Both the position numbers and the translations under genes were made by a program. A model generated the notes under the pieces. It did no database searches. It was not told where the DNA came from and saw only the letters and a program-made list of their open reading frames with translations. A stretch of DNA of 32,000 bases from Candidatus Saccharimonadota bacterium (GTDB lineage: Bacteria > Patescibacteriota > Gracilibacteria > UBA4473). This document shows positions 8,476 to 16,514 of this stretch, piece by piece (within the stretch, counting starts at the first letter, position 1; the number at the start of each line of letters is the position of its first letter). The stretch covers positions 1,263,316-1,295,315 of the forward strand of contig OZ245819.1 of assembly GCA_965228485.1 (NCBI GenBank), read 5' to 3'.

Positions 8476-9609
8476 ATGTCTTTGGATGTAGATAAATTTT
8501 ATGACAGAGCTTCTCAGCTTAGTATGGCTGAGGAGATGCAGGGCGAGCTGGCGGAAATAAGTTGTTCTAATGCTTATGTGTCTCGGTTTGAGCATCCGGA
8601 AAAGGGTATATATTTTTTTGAAAGCAAGGCTCCCGTTGATGCGAAAGTAATGATTCTTAGTAGTGGATTGCATGGTGATGAGTTAGCAGGAATTGAAATA
8701 ATGGATGTCCTGAGGGCAGAAATTTTTTCGGGGAAATTAGAATTAAGAAAACATGTTTTATTTATTGATGGGAATTTAAAGGCTATGCAACAGGCTCTCA
8801 CCAAGAAGCAGCAAGGGATGGTAATGAATTCTCGTTATTTTGATGGAGATGCGTCTTATGGTGGTTTAGTGGCGAATGCAAATAGACAATGGGTAGTGGA
8901 ATTATTGGAAAAGCTATCAACCAATGGTAGCTATGCTTCTCGCCGACAGTGGGAAATCTGGAAAGCATTGAATGAAATACTGAAAGGTGGGACTGATACT
9001 CAGGATATTCAGGGGGCTCCTGAACATTTGGATCTTCATCAAAGTTTTAAAGTTCCTAAAGTAAGCGAAGTTCGAGGGGAATATCAAGATGAAAGTGAAT
9101 ACACTTATGCGATGGTCTACGCTAGTCTGAAAAGGTTTAGACAAAAATATGGTGATGTGTTTGCGGGAGCGGTTATTTCTGAATCTGGAAAGGCCGAAAC
9201 TTTTGCGGGGATAACAGCTCGAGAGTTTAGGGCACAATCTATTACGGCGGAATTGGGGACTATTGGTAATCCTAATGATGTCACCTTTGCCGATAAGATG
9301 TTGGCATCTTTGTGGTTTCAGCTTCAAGGAGGTAAAAAAGAAGTAGCTAATATTCCGATGGATGTTTGGCAACAGGTTGAGACAATACTTCGCGAAGAAG
9401 GAGTTCAAGATTTTGGTTTTTATGAAACGCTAGAAGAAGGTAAGGTCCCGCCTCCTCAAGATTTTGTGCCTTTAGAACATGAATTATTAGTGCCGAAATC
9501 AAATGGGGGATATTATAAAATTAATTCTGGTCAGTCATTACTTTTTGCCAAAGATGATGTTGGAGAAGGAGATAGGGCTGGCGTTGTGATAGAAAGATTT
9601 ACTGCATAA
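8476..9609 (+). CDS. Succinylglutamate desuccinylase/aspartoacylase (AstE/AspA, M14-like) family protein
   Basis: ATG 8476 lies 1 nt after the thrC stop. The track ORF starts earlier, at TTG 8416, inside thrC. SSGLHGDELAG and LDLHQS resemble the Zn-ligand HxxE and downstream His motifs of the AstE/AspA family. Confidence 0.6.
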   Translation: MSLDVDKFYDRASQLSMAEEMQGELAEISCSNAYVSRFEHPEKGIYFFESKAPVDAKVMILSSGLHGDELAGIEIMDVLRAEIFSGKLELRKHVLFIDGNLKAMQQALTKKQQGMVMNSRYFDGDASYGGLVANANRQWVVELLEKLSTNGSYASRRQWEIWKALNEILKGGTDTQDIQGAPEHLDLHQSFKVPKVSEVRGEYQDESEYTYAMVYASLKRFRQKYGDVFAGAVISESGKAETFAGITAREFRAQSITAELGTIGNPNDVTFADKMLASLWFQLQGGKKEVANIPMDVWQQVETILREEGVQDFGFYETLEEGKVPPPQDFVPLEHELLVPKSNGGYYKINSGQSLLFAKDDVGEGDRAGVVIERFTA

Positions 9610-9611
9610 AT

Positions 9612-9640
9612 TTGCATTGAACAACTTTTCTGTTTATAAA
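9612..9640 (+). promoter_or_regulatory. Putative sigma70-type promoter (TTGCAT-17 nt-TATAAA) for the 9666-13098 gene string
   Basis: TTGCAT at 9612-9617, a 17-nt spacer, TATAAA at 9635-9640. The predicted transcription start near 9647 supports ATG 9666 over GTG 9642 as the start codon. Confidence 0.5.
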
Positions 9641-9665
9641 GGTGGTTGAATATAAAAATAAAAAA

Positions 9666-10646
9666 ATGAAACTAAAGTTTCTTTCGGCTCTCGTTCTGTC
9701 GATGCTTTGTGCACCGGCTGTTTTTGCAATTTCTAATGACTCTGATAGTGGAGAATCTGAATATCGGGTTCCTATTTATGAAGGAGTGGAATTTGAAGCG
9801 GAACTCAATGATGATGGGAGTGTTTCTATGAAGTGGTCTCCGTTTAAAGAACGAGATAACGATAAGTTTAAGTACTATAAAGTGATGAAATCACTTTCAA
9901 ACTCTAATCCTGTTTACCCAGAAGATGACGCTACAGCGGTTAAACTTGGAATTGGGGATACGAGACATACCGATAAGTGGGCTCACAAAAGTGCTTACTA
10001 TCGAGTATGTGTTATTACTGAACAAAAAGGACGTTACTGCAGTAATGTTGTTTGGATTGAGCAAGGAGAAGATAATCGTCAGAAGTTACACGATGATTTA
10101 AGAGCGGAAAATAAAGAAAGAGAAGAAAGACACAATGATGCTTGGGAACACAAAAAATGTGAGAATTTTGATGCTGCTGGAAATTGTGAAGAAGATTCAG
10201 GAGATAGAGATGAAGCTAAAAAACGAATGATGGAGAAAATGAAACATCAAAAAGAACTCATGCAAAAACGGATTAAAGAACAACGAGAAAGTATGCAGAA
10301 AAGAATGAAACCTCAAGAGCGTGATGAGGATTCTGATCGAGATCGAGATGAAAATATGGAAGAACGAATGGAAGCGGCTTTTGAAAAAGTTCAGCCAAAA
10401 CTAGATAAATTTTTGGATCGTGTTGAGAATGTGTTGGTAAATTCAGAAAAATTATCTAGTGAACAAAAAATTAAGAAAATTAAAACTCTTCAGGAAAGAT
10501 TCTATAAATGGGAAAAGGGGAATAAATTCAAAATGGTGGTTGTAGACTATCTTGACGGATATTTTATGAGATGGATTGAAGAACTTGAAGATGATTTCAA
10601 TGTTGATGAAATGGATAGTTTCTTAGATGATATTTTTCAAGAGTAA
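9666..10646 (+). CDS. Secreted hypothetical protein: signal peptide, Fn3-like beta domain, hyper-charged helical C-terminal half
   Basis: Signal peptide MKLKFLSALVLSMLCAPAVFA. A beta-rich segment follows (SMKWSPF...YYKVMKS...NPVYPEDD...YYRVCVI). The C-terminal ~190 aa are extremely K/E/R/D/M-rich (KRMMEKMKHQKELMQKRIKEQRESMQKRMK). Confidence 0.7.
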   Translation: MKLKFLSALVLSMLCAPAVFAISNDSDSGESEYRVPIYEGVEFEAELNDDGSVSMKWSPFKERDNDKFKYYKVMKSLSNSNPVYPEDDATAVKLGIGDTRHTDKWAHKSAYYRVCVITEQKGRYCSNVVWIEQGEDNRQKLHDDLRAENKEREERHNDAWEHKKCENFDAAGNCEEDSGDRDEAKKRMMEKMKHQKELMQKRIKEQRESMQKRMKPQERDEDSDRDRDENMEERMEAAFEKVQPKLDKFLDRVENVLVNSEKLSSEQKIKKIKTLQERFYKWEKGNKFKMVVVDYLDGYFMRWIEELEDDFNVDEMDSFLDDIFQE

Positions 10647-11194
10647 TGAATCGTTGTGCGTGGGTAACTAATGATCCTTTGTACATCGAATACCATGATA
10701 AAGAGTGGGGGAAGCCGGTCTATGATGACCGGCTTCTTTTTGAAATGCTTTGCCTAGAAGGTGCACAGGCAGGGTTGAGTTGGATTACGGTTTTGAAAAA
10801 ACGAGCCCATTACAAAGCAGTGTTTTATGAATTTGATATCACAAAAGTAGCTTCTCTTTCTGATGATTATTTAGAGAATCTCTTATTAGATTCTGGGATT
10901 ATCCGAAACCGTTTAAAGGTCTGGGGTTTTAGGACTAATGCGAAGTGTTTTTTAGAGGTACAAAAAGAGTTTGGTAGTTTTAATGAATATCTTTGGAATT
11001 TTGTTGGTAAGACTCCGGTAATTAATAAATGGACTTCTCTTGCGGAAGTTCCAGCTTCAACAGAATTATCTGATAAAATTTCTAAAGATCTTAAGGCTCG
11101 AGGTTTCAAATTTGTTGGGACAACCATTATTTATGCTTATTTACAAGCGGTAGGAGTCGTAAATGACCACACTGTAGATTGTTTTTGTCATTAG
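10646..11194 (+). CDS. tag: DNA-3-methyladenine glycosylase I
   Basis: RCAWVTNDPLYIEYHDKEWGKP and EGAQAGLSWITVLKKR are typical Tag motifs. The start ATG overlaps the upstream stop (TAATG). Confidence 0.92.
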   Translation: MNRCAWVTNDPLYIEYHDKEWGKPVYDDRLLFEMLCLEGAQAGLSWITVLKKRAHYKAVFYEFDITKVASLSDDYLENLLLDSGIIRNRLKVWGFRTNAKCFLEVQKEFGSFNEYLWNFVGKTPVINKWTSLAEVPASTELSDKISKDLKARGFKFVGTTIIYAYLQAVGVVNDHTVDCFCH

Positions 11195-11200
11195 GCCTGA

Positions 11201-11228
11201 TTGCTTTCGGTGTTTGTATGAATACTAT
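11201..11228 (+). promoter_or_regulatory. Putative promoter of murB (TTGCTT-16 nt-TACTAT), 7 nt from the ATG
   Basis: TTGCTT at 11201-11206, a 16-nt spacer, TACTAT at 11223-11228, then 7 nt (gtgattg) to ATG 11236. This geometry suits a leaderless transcript. Confidence 0.35.
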
Positions 11229-11235
11229 GTGATTG

Positions 11236-12261
11236 ATGTCAGAGCTTTTACATAAAAATTTTGATTTAGCACTCTACAATACCTTTGGGGTATCGGTGAA
11301 GGCTGATTATTTTGCTCCAATAGCTTCTTTAGAAGCCTTGGAAGAAGTTTTAGTTTGGTACAGAGAACAGAAGGATATGCCTTTACTTATTTTGGGTGGA
11401 GGAAGTAATATTCTTTTTACCAAAGATTTTCCTGGGCTTGTTTTGCAGATGAAAACAACTGGAAAAAAGCAGGTTTATGAAGATGAGTCGACGGTTCATG
11501 TTGAGATTGCTGGTGGGGAAAATTGGCATGATTTTGTGATGTGGACGGTGGAAAATCAATTGTATGGACTTGAGAATTTAGCCTTAATTCCTGGGAACGT
11601 TGGAGCTTCTCCAATCCAAAATATTGGAGCTTATGGTGTGGAGATTAAAGATTATTTTGTGAGTCTGGAAGCTCTGAATATTGAGACAGGGGAGAGAGAA
11701 ATATTTAGTCACCAAGAATGTCAGTTTGGTTATAGAAATTCTGTTTTTAAGGACAAAGAAAAAAGTAAATGGATTATTTTATCAGTAACCTTTGCTCTTC
11801 ACAGAAAATTGAAACTTAATCTGGAATATGGAGCGCTTAAACGCGCGTTAGAAGCAAAGGGTATTTTTTCACCCACTCAGGCACAGGTAGCCGAGACCGT
11901 GATTGAAGTTCGACAATCAAAATTACCAGATACTAAGATTCTTGGGAGTGGGGGAAGTTTTTTCAAAAACCCTATTGTGTCTAGAGCCGATTTAGAAGCG
12001 CTTGAAGACAAGCATGAAGCGGTTCCATTTTTTGAAATTAGTAGTTCAGAGGTTAAGATTCCAGCAGCTTGGTTAATAGATCAGTGTGAATGGAAGGGGA
12101 AGCGGTTTGGACAATTTGGTGTTCATGAACATCAGCCTTTGGTTTTAGTAAATTATGGAGGTGCTAATGGTAAAGATATTGCGAATCTGTCTCGTGAAAT
12201 TCAAGAATCGGTTGAGCAAAAGTTTGGGGTTCGATTGGAAGCGGAAGTAAACATCCTCTAA
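11236..12261 (+). CDS. murB: UDP-N-acetylenolpyruvoylglucosamine reductase
   Basis: LGGGSNILF, PGNVGASPIQNIGAYGVE, FGYRNSVFK and SGGSFFKNP. ATG 11236 is preferred over TTG 11233. Confidence 0.93.
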   Translation: MSELLHKNFDLALYNTFGVSVKADYFAPIASLEALEEVLVWYREQKDMPLLILGGGSNILFTKDFPGLVLQMKTTGKKQVYEDESTVHVEIAGGENWHDFVMWTVENQLYGLENLALIPGNVGASPIQNIGAYGVEIKDYFVSLEALNIETGEREIFSHQECQFGYRNSVFKDKEKSKWIILSVTFALHRKLKLNLEYGALKRALEAKGIFSPTQAQVAETVIEVRQSKLPDTKILGSGGSFFKNPIVSRADLEALEDKHEAVPFFEISSSEVKIPAAWLIDQCEWKGKRFGQFGVHEHQPLVLVNYGGANGKDIANLSREIQESVEQKFGVRLEAEVNIL

Positions 12262-13098
12262 ATGAAAGTTAGTATAATTATTCCGAGCGTGGGGAGGTCA
12301 ACACTTGGACTGGTGCTGGAGGCTTTATTTATGAATAAAAAATTTGATCAAATAAAACCTGAAATCATTGTTGTTTTTGATGGACATAATGAATCTATTA
12401 AGGACTTTAAATTGCGTTTTGGATCGGATGTTAAAATTTTAAACACGGCTAAGAAAGTTTATGCTGGTGGTGCTAGGAATTTGGGGATTGATAATGCTAC
12501 AGGGGAGGTGATTGCTTTTCTGGGAGATGATACGATTCCAGAACAGGATTGGCTAGAAAGATTATTTGAATGGCATTTAGAGTTTTCAGATCAGAATAAA
12601 GCCTTGTTGGGGAGAGTGCTTTGGACTGAAGCATTACGTCAGGATCGTTTTCATCAATGGTTAGAATCTCATGCACAGTTTGATTATCAGGCGCTAGAAA
12701 CTGGTAAGTTACCAACTTGGCAACATTTCTACACTTCTAATATATCAGTGAAAAAATCTTTTTTGGGGAAGGAGCGATTTGATCCAGCATTTGAGGGCTG
12801 GGGATTTGAGGATGGAGAACTTGGTTATAGATTGATTCAGAAAGGAATGGATCTGCACTATAATTCGGACTTAATTGTAGAGCATGACGATCGCCAAACT
12901 TTTGAAAAAATGTTACAGAGAACGGCTCGATCACGTCGAAACGCTCTAGTGTTTGAGCGATTGCATTCAGATATCAAAATTTTACCAAGAGGTATTAAAA
13001 AAGTTCTACTCAAGCTTCTTATAGTACTCGTTACTCCTTTTGTATTTGTTCCAGAGATAAGATGGTGGAGGGCTTGGAAACAGGCCTGGATAGATTAA
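12262..13098 (+). CDS. Glycosyltransferase family 2 protein
   Basis: KVSIIIPSVGR, GGARNLG, FLGDDTIP (DxD-like) and GFEDGELGYRL. The start directly abuts the murB stop. Confidence 0.85.
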   Translation: MKVSIIIPSVGRSTLGLVLEALFMNKKFDQIKPEIIVVFDGHNESIKDFKLRFGSDVKILNTAKKVYAGGARNLGIDNATGEVIAFLGDDTIPEQDWLERLFEWHLEFSDQNKALLGRVLWTEALRQDRFHQWLESHAQFDYQALETGKLPTWQHFYTSNISVKKSFLGKERFDPAFEGWGFEDGELGYRLIQKGMDLHYNSDLIVEHDDRQTFEKMLQRTARSRRNALVFERLHSDIKILPRGIKKVLLKLLIVLVTPFVFVPEIRWWRAWKQAWID

Positions 13099-13700
13099 AA
13101 TTCTCTCCGATCTACAAGAGCTCGACTAAGGGTTCCGGCATCTACGTAATCGAGGTCTCCTCCAGTTGGTATCCCTCTGGCGAGTCGAGAAACTTTTCCA
13201 TTGAAGCTTGTTTGCCGAATTTGTTCCGTAATATAAAAGGCTGTTGCATCACCTTCAACGTTTCCAGACATAGCGAGGATAATTTCTTCAACTTGAGTGT
13301 CGTCTGTTTGAATCCTGTGTATGAGTTGAGTGATTCTTAGGTCTTCAGGCCCGACTTTATTTAGAGGAGAAATAACTCCATGAAGCACATGGTATTGACC
13401 TCTAAATTCATTGGTTCGTTCTATGGCCATTAAGTCTAGTGGAGTTTCTACCACGCAAATGGTTGATTGAGATCTTCTGGTGTCGGTCACGATTGGACAC
13501 AGTTCTCCATCACAATAATTACATGAGACGCGGCATTCATTGAGATTGAATTTTAAATTTGTTAACGATTGTGCAAGTTTTTGGTCTAAATCAGACTCGT
13601 TTCTTAAGAGTGCAAAAACAAGTCGTTCGGCACTTCGCTGACCGATTCCAGGAAGGTCAGAAAGAGCATCAATCGTGTCTTGTATTGACTGAGGTAACAT
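13095..13700 (-). CDS. recR: Recombination protein RecR
   Basis: HhH motif LPGIGQRSAERL, Cys-rich zinc-finger region ECRVSCNYCDGELCPI, and Toprim segment VCVVETPLDLMAIE. 201 aa. Confidence 0.95.
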   Translation of the reverse strand: MLPQSIQDTIDALSDLPGIGQRSAERLVFALLRNESDLDQKLAQSLTNLKFNLNECRVSCNYCDGELCPIVTDTRRSQSTICVVETPLDLMAIERTNEFRGQYHVLHGVISPLNKVGPEDLRITQLIHRIQTDDTQVEEIILAMSGNVEGDATAFYITEQIRQTSFNGKVSRLARGIPTGGDLDYVDAGTLSRALVDRREF

Positions 13701-13707
13701 CTTGGGA

Positions 13708-13736
13708 ATTTTAATTTTTTTATTTTAAAAACACAA
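13708..13736 (-). promoter_or_regulatory. Putative recR promoter (TTGTGT-17 nt-TAAAAT), 7 nt from the ATG
   Basis: On the minus strand, TAAAAT is the complement of 13708-13713 and 7 nt (tcccaag) separate it from the ATG at 13700. A weak -35, TTGTGT, is the complement of 13731-13736 and overlaps the T-tract of the hisS terminator. Confidence 0.3.
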
Positions 13737-13762
13737 AAAAAGCCATGGGAATTTGCATGGCT
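13731..13762 (-). terminator. Rho-independent terminator downstream of hisS
   Basis: Perfect 7-bp stem AGCCATG (13741-13747) / CATGGCT (13756-13762) with an 8-nt loop. Read on the minus strand it is followed by T7 (A-run 13734-13740 on plus). Confidence 0.6.
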
Positions 13763-13782
13763 TTCTGAAAAATATTTCTTAA

Positions 13783-15096
13783 TTAGTTGTGACCTAAGAA
13801 GTCTTTGGTAGTGTCAAGGGCAACTTGTTCTCCGAGTAGTCCATCCATGTGTTCAAGAATTTTATCTTGATCAACCCAAATTTGTTTTCCTGAGTCCATG
13901 TCTCGAACAATTACTTGTGATTTTTTTATCTCCAGGTCTCCCATTAAGAGTGTGTAGGGAACGTTGAATTTTTGAGCTCTTTTGAGTTGCTCCTGCATTG
14001 AGGTTCGCCCAAGAACTCCGACCGCATGGTATCCATGTTCTCTGAGCTTTACTAGCAGCGGAAGGGCATGCTTTTTGGCTACAGGACCTGTAGCTGCCAG
14101 GAAAATTTGTAGACTGTCTTTTTTTGGTACTTCAATACCATTTTGTTTCATTAGACTAATCACTCGATCAACTCCAGCGGCAAATCCTGCACCACCAAGA
14201 TTTGGTCCTCCCATTTTTTCAACGAGTCCATCGTATCGTCCTCCAACAAGAACTTTGTTGCGTGTTCCTTTTTCTCGAAATTCAAAAACGGTATTGGTGT
14301 AGTAGTCTAATGGCCGAGTGAGAGATGGATCGATAGAAAACTCTATTCCAAAACTCTGTAAATATTCCTGTACGTCCTCAAAGAAGACTCTTGATTCTTC
14401 AGAAAGAAAATCAGTGATTTTTGGTGCCATTTGTACCAAAATTTCTTCATCTTCTGTACGAGGATCTAGAAGTTCTAGGTACTTTCCTTGTAGAAGTTTT
14501 TCTCTTGATTCTGGGCTTAGGCTTCGTTCTTTTCCACTGTAGAAATTTTGAATAGCTTCGAAGAATTTTGTTCGATCTTCTGTGTTTCCAATGGTGTTGA
14601 TCTTGAGTTCAATACCATCACGAATGCCTAGATCCGTCAGAATTCGGTGTCCAAGATACATAATCTGAGCATCGATTGAGGGATCTGTTTCTCCCAAAAT
14701 TTCTACTCCAAACTGCCAGAATTGTCTTCTTGTTCGGGAATTTGGTCTCTCGAATCGAAAACAGGGTTCAATATAGTAGAGCTCTACAGGAAGCGCTTGA
14801 TCATTCATTTCATTTTCAATGAATGATCGAATAATCCCCGTTGTTATTTCTGGTCGAAGTGTATATTCTCGATCTTGTCGATCTTTGAAGCTGTAGAGTT
14901 CTCGAGCGGTAATCTCGTTTGTGTCTCCCAAAGAACGAATAAAAGCTCCCGTTTCTTCAAACATGGGAGGTGAAATTCTTCTGAAACCAGCTTGCCTGTA
15001 TCTATGACGGATAACTTTTTTTACAAAAGTGAAGTAATCGTGATAATCGGGAAGGAAATCAACGGTTCCAGTAGGGGCTCGGAAGAATTTGGGCAT
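13783..15096 (-). CDS. hisS: Histidyl-tRNA synthetase
   Basis: ATG at 15096 (MPKFFRAPTGTVDFLP) is preferred over the track start at 15156. Class II motifs YSFKDRQDREYTLRPE, FRFERPNSRTRRQFWQFGVE, GGRYDGL and GFAAGVDR are present. Confidence 0.95.
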   Translation of the reverse strand: MPKFFRAPTGTVDFLPDYHDYFTFVKKVIRHRYRQAGFRRISPPMFEETGAFIRSLGDTNEITARELYSFKDRQDREYTLRPEITTGIIRSFIENEMNDQALPVELYYIEPCFRFERPNSRTRRQFWQFGVEILGETDPSIDAQIMYLGHRILTDLGIRDGIELKINTIGNTEDRTKFFEAIQNFYSGKERSLSPESREKLLQGKYLELLDPRTEDEEILVQMAPKITDFLSEESRVFFEDVQEYLQSFGIEFSIDPSLTRPLDYYTNTVFEFREKGTRNKVLVGGRYDGLVEKMGGPNLGGAGFAAGVDRVISLMKQNGIEVPKKDSLQIFLAATGPVAKKHALPLLVKLREHGYHAVGVLGRTSMQEQLKRAQKFNVPYTLLMGDLEIKKSQVIVRDMDSGKQIWVDQDKILEHMDGLLGEQVALDTTKDFLGHN

Positions 15097-15271
15097 AGTA
15101 TTAAATAAGTTGTTTTGAGTGTAAAACTTAAAGATGTGCCAGTAGAAACAGCACATTATAAAAATTATGACGCACTTATTATGTCATTTTTATAAAATTT
15201 TCAAGGGAAAAAGCTTGAAAAAAGTCCTTTTAATCGATACAACTATCTCGAAATTTATTAAAAAATAATAT

Positions 15272-15727
15272 ATGAAAGGTCTGTTTAAATTGCTTATCGG
15301 TGTTATCATTGGAGGGATTTATGGGATGCTTTTTGCGCCTAAATCAGGGAAAAAGCTTCGAGCGGAATTGAAAAAATCAGATAATCCGTGGAAGAAACTT
15401 CTAGAAGAAGGTATGAAAATGGACAAAGAAGCTCTGGACACTCTAGTAGATGAAGCAAAAAATTCTAAACAAGTACAAAAAGCAGTTAAGGCCGGAAAAG
15501 AGGCTATTGATGATGTAAAGAAAGAAGTGAAATCAACGGCAAAAACCGCTAAAAAGACCGCTACAAAGAGAGTAACAGCGGCCAAAAAGACGGCAACAAA
15601 GAAAGTAGCAACGGCAAAAAAAGCTGCTACAAAAAAAATAACGACCGCTAAGAAGACGGTTGCCAAAAAAGCAACTGCGGCAAAAAAACCAGCCGCTAAA
15701 AAGACTACGACTACGAAAAAGTCTTAG
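15272..15727 (+). CDS. YtxH-like membrane protein with a C-terminal lysine/alanine/threonine-rich repeat tail
   Basis: The N-terminus LLIGVIIGGIYGMLFAPKSGKKLRAELKK is the YtxH-family signature. The C-terminal ~64 aa are 11-residue AKK-type repeats. Confidence 0.85.
   Translation: MKGLFKLLIGVIIGGIYGMLFAPKSGKKLRAELKKSDNPWKKLLEEGMKMDKEALDTLVDEAKNSKQVQKAVKAGKEAIDDVKKEVKSTAKTAKKTATKRVTAAKKTATKKVATAKKAATKKITTAKKTVAKKATAAKKPAAKKTTTTKKS
15533..15724 (+). repeat. In-frame 33-nt (11-aa) tandem repeats, about 5.5 copies, encoding x-T/A-T/A-A-K-K-x-A-T/A-K-K
   Basis: TAKTAKKTATKR | VTAAKKTATKK | VATAKKAATKK | ITTAKKTVAKK | ATAAKKPAAKK | TTTTKKS. The DNA copies are degenerate, so this is not a recent duplication. 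Confidence 0.8.
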
Positions 15728-15750
15728 GTTTTTTACAAATAATTTTTTAG

Positions 15751-15792
15751 AAGACCACCTTCATATGGAGGTGGTCTTTTGACATATTTTTT
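15751..15792 (+). terminator. Rho-independent terminator after the ytxH-like gene
   Basis: 10-bp perfect stem AAGACCACCT (15751-15760) / AGGTGGTCTT (15769-15778) with loop tcatatgg. A broken T-rich tract follows (ttgacatattttttatttt). Confidence 0.6.
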
Positions 15793-15813
15793 ATTTTGGG
15801 TATTCCATGTTTG

Positions 15814-16476
15814 ATGAATGATTCAGAGTTTCCATTTTCTAATGTAGAACCTTGTGGTTCTCTTGAATCGGAAGTGGGAGAGTTTGATATCTATCTTTCA
15901 GAATATGCTAAGTACCCTGGGCGTTGGGGGATATATTTTCATAATAGAGATCTGCATAAAGGTGATTGGAATGACCCTAGAGGAAATAAATTCCCTCGTT
16001 GTGGATTCCGTGTTTACCCTGAAGCACATCAGCTGATCTTCTTAGGGATGTTATTACCTCAAGAATTACGAGGAAAAAGGCTTTCATTGCCGTTTATGAA
16101 ATCAGTGGCTGCTTTAGCCGTTGAAACTGGATACAAGTTTGAAAGAACGGGGATTATAAAGAAGCCGTCTATTTCTAGAAGGTTATTAGACTGGGGTTTT
16201 TTGCCTGAGAGTGAAGAGGGGGAAGTAGAGATTTTACCAAGAAGGATGAATGAAAATGGTGTTCCAAGGGTGAATTTTTTGAACCCAGAAATGGCAGAAA
16301 ATGTTCCTTTTTATACGGTAGTTGATGAGGGTGATTTATCAGCCTATCCTCTAACAAATCCGGATAGATCTAGAGTTTTTTTGAACACCCGTTTTTGGAA
16401 GCCGGATGATTTTTGTTTTGATGATGTTCCTGTAACCTTTTCCGATTCTGTAAAAAACGTTTTAGGACAAAACTAA
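15814..16476 (+). CDS. Hypothetical protein, possibly with a GNAT-like acyltransferase fold
   Basis: ATG 15814 (MNDSEFPF...) is preferred over TTG 15796. QELRGKRLSLPFMKSVAALAVETGYKF loosely resembles GNAT motif A (Q/R-x-x-G-x-G/A followed by a helix). I recognise nothing else. Confidence 0.5.
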   Translation: MNDSEFPFSNVEPCGSLESEVGEFDIYLSEYAKYPGRWGIYFHNRDLHKGDWNDPRGNKFPRCGFRVYPEAHQLIFLGMLLPQELRGKRLSLPFMKSVAALAVETGYKFERTGIIKKPSISRRLLDWGFLPESEEGEVEILPRRMNENGVPRVNFLNPEMAENVPFYTVVDEGDLSAYPLTNPDRSRVFLNTRFWKPDDFCFDDVPVTFSDSVKNVLGQN

Positions 16477-16477
16477 G

Positions 16478-16505
16478 ATGACTTTCGGCTAATTTTTCTT
16501 AACAT
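16478..16505 (+). promoter_or_regulatory. Putative promoter of the epimerase-purK-purE string (ATGACT-16 nt-TAACAT), 9 nt from the ATG
   Basis: ATGACT at 16478-16483, a 16-nt spacer, TAACAT at 16500-16505, then 9 nt to ATG 16515. Confidence 0.3.
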
Positions 16506-16514
16506 AGGCACACA

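Noticed and set aside
8917-9408. 163-aa antisense ORF inside the AstE-like gene, and similar shadow ORFs (13982-14302, 14318-14542, 15319-15666, 5545-5823, 31041-31826 and others)
   Set aside because: All lie antisense or out of frame within genes that carry strong family motifs. Their sequences are low-complexity mirrors of the sense strand (for example Ser/Pro-rich opposite the Asp-rich TSP3 repeats, and Phe/Ala/Val-rich opposite the AKK repeats).
15533-15724. Possible CRISPR or non-coding tandem array (also considered at 30950-32000)
   Set aside because: Both arrays are in frame within long ORFs, are degenerate at the DNA level, and lack a repeat-spacer organisation. They are coding repeats.
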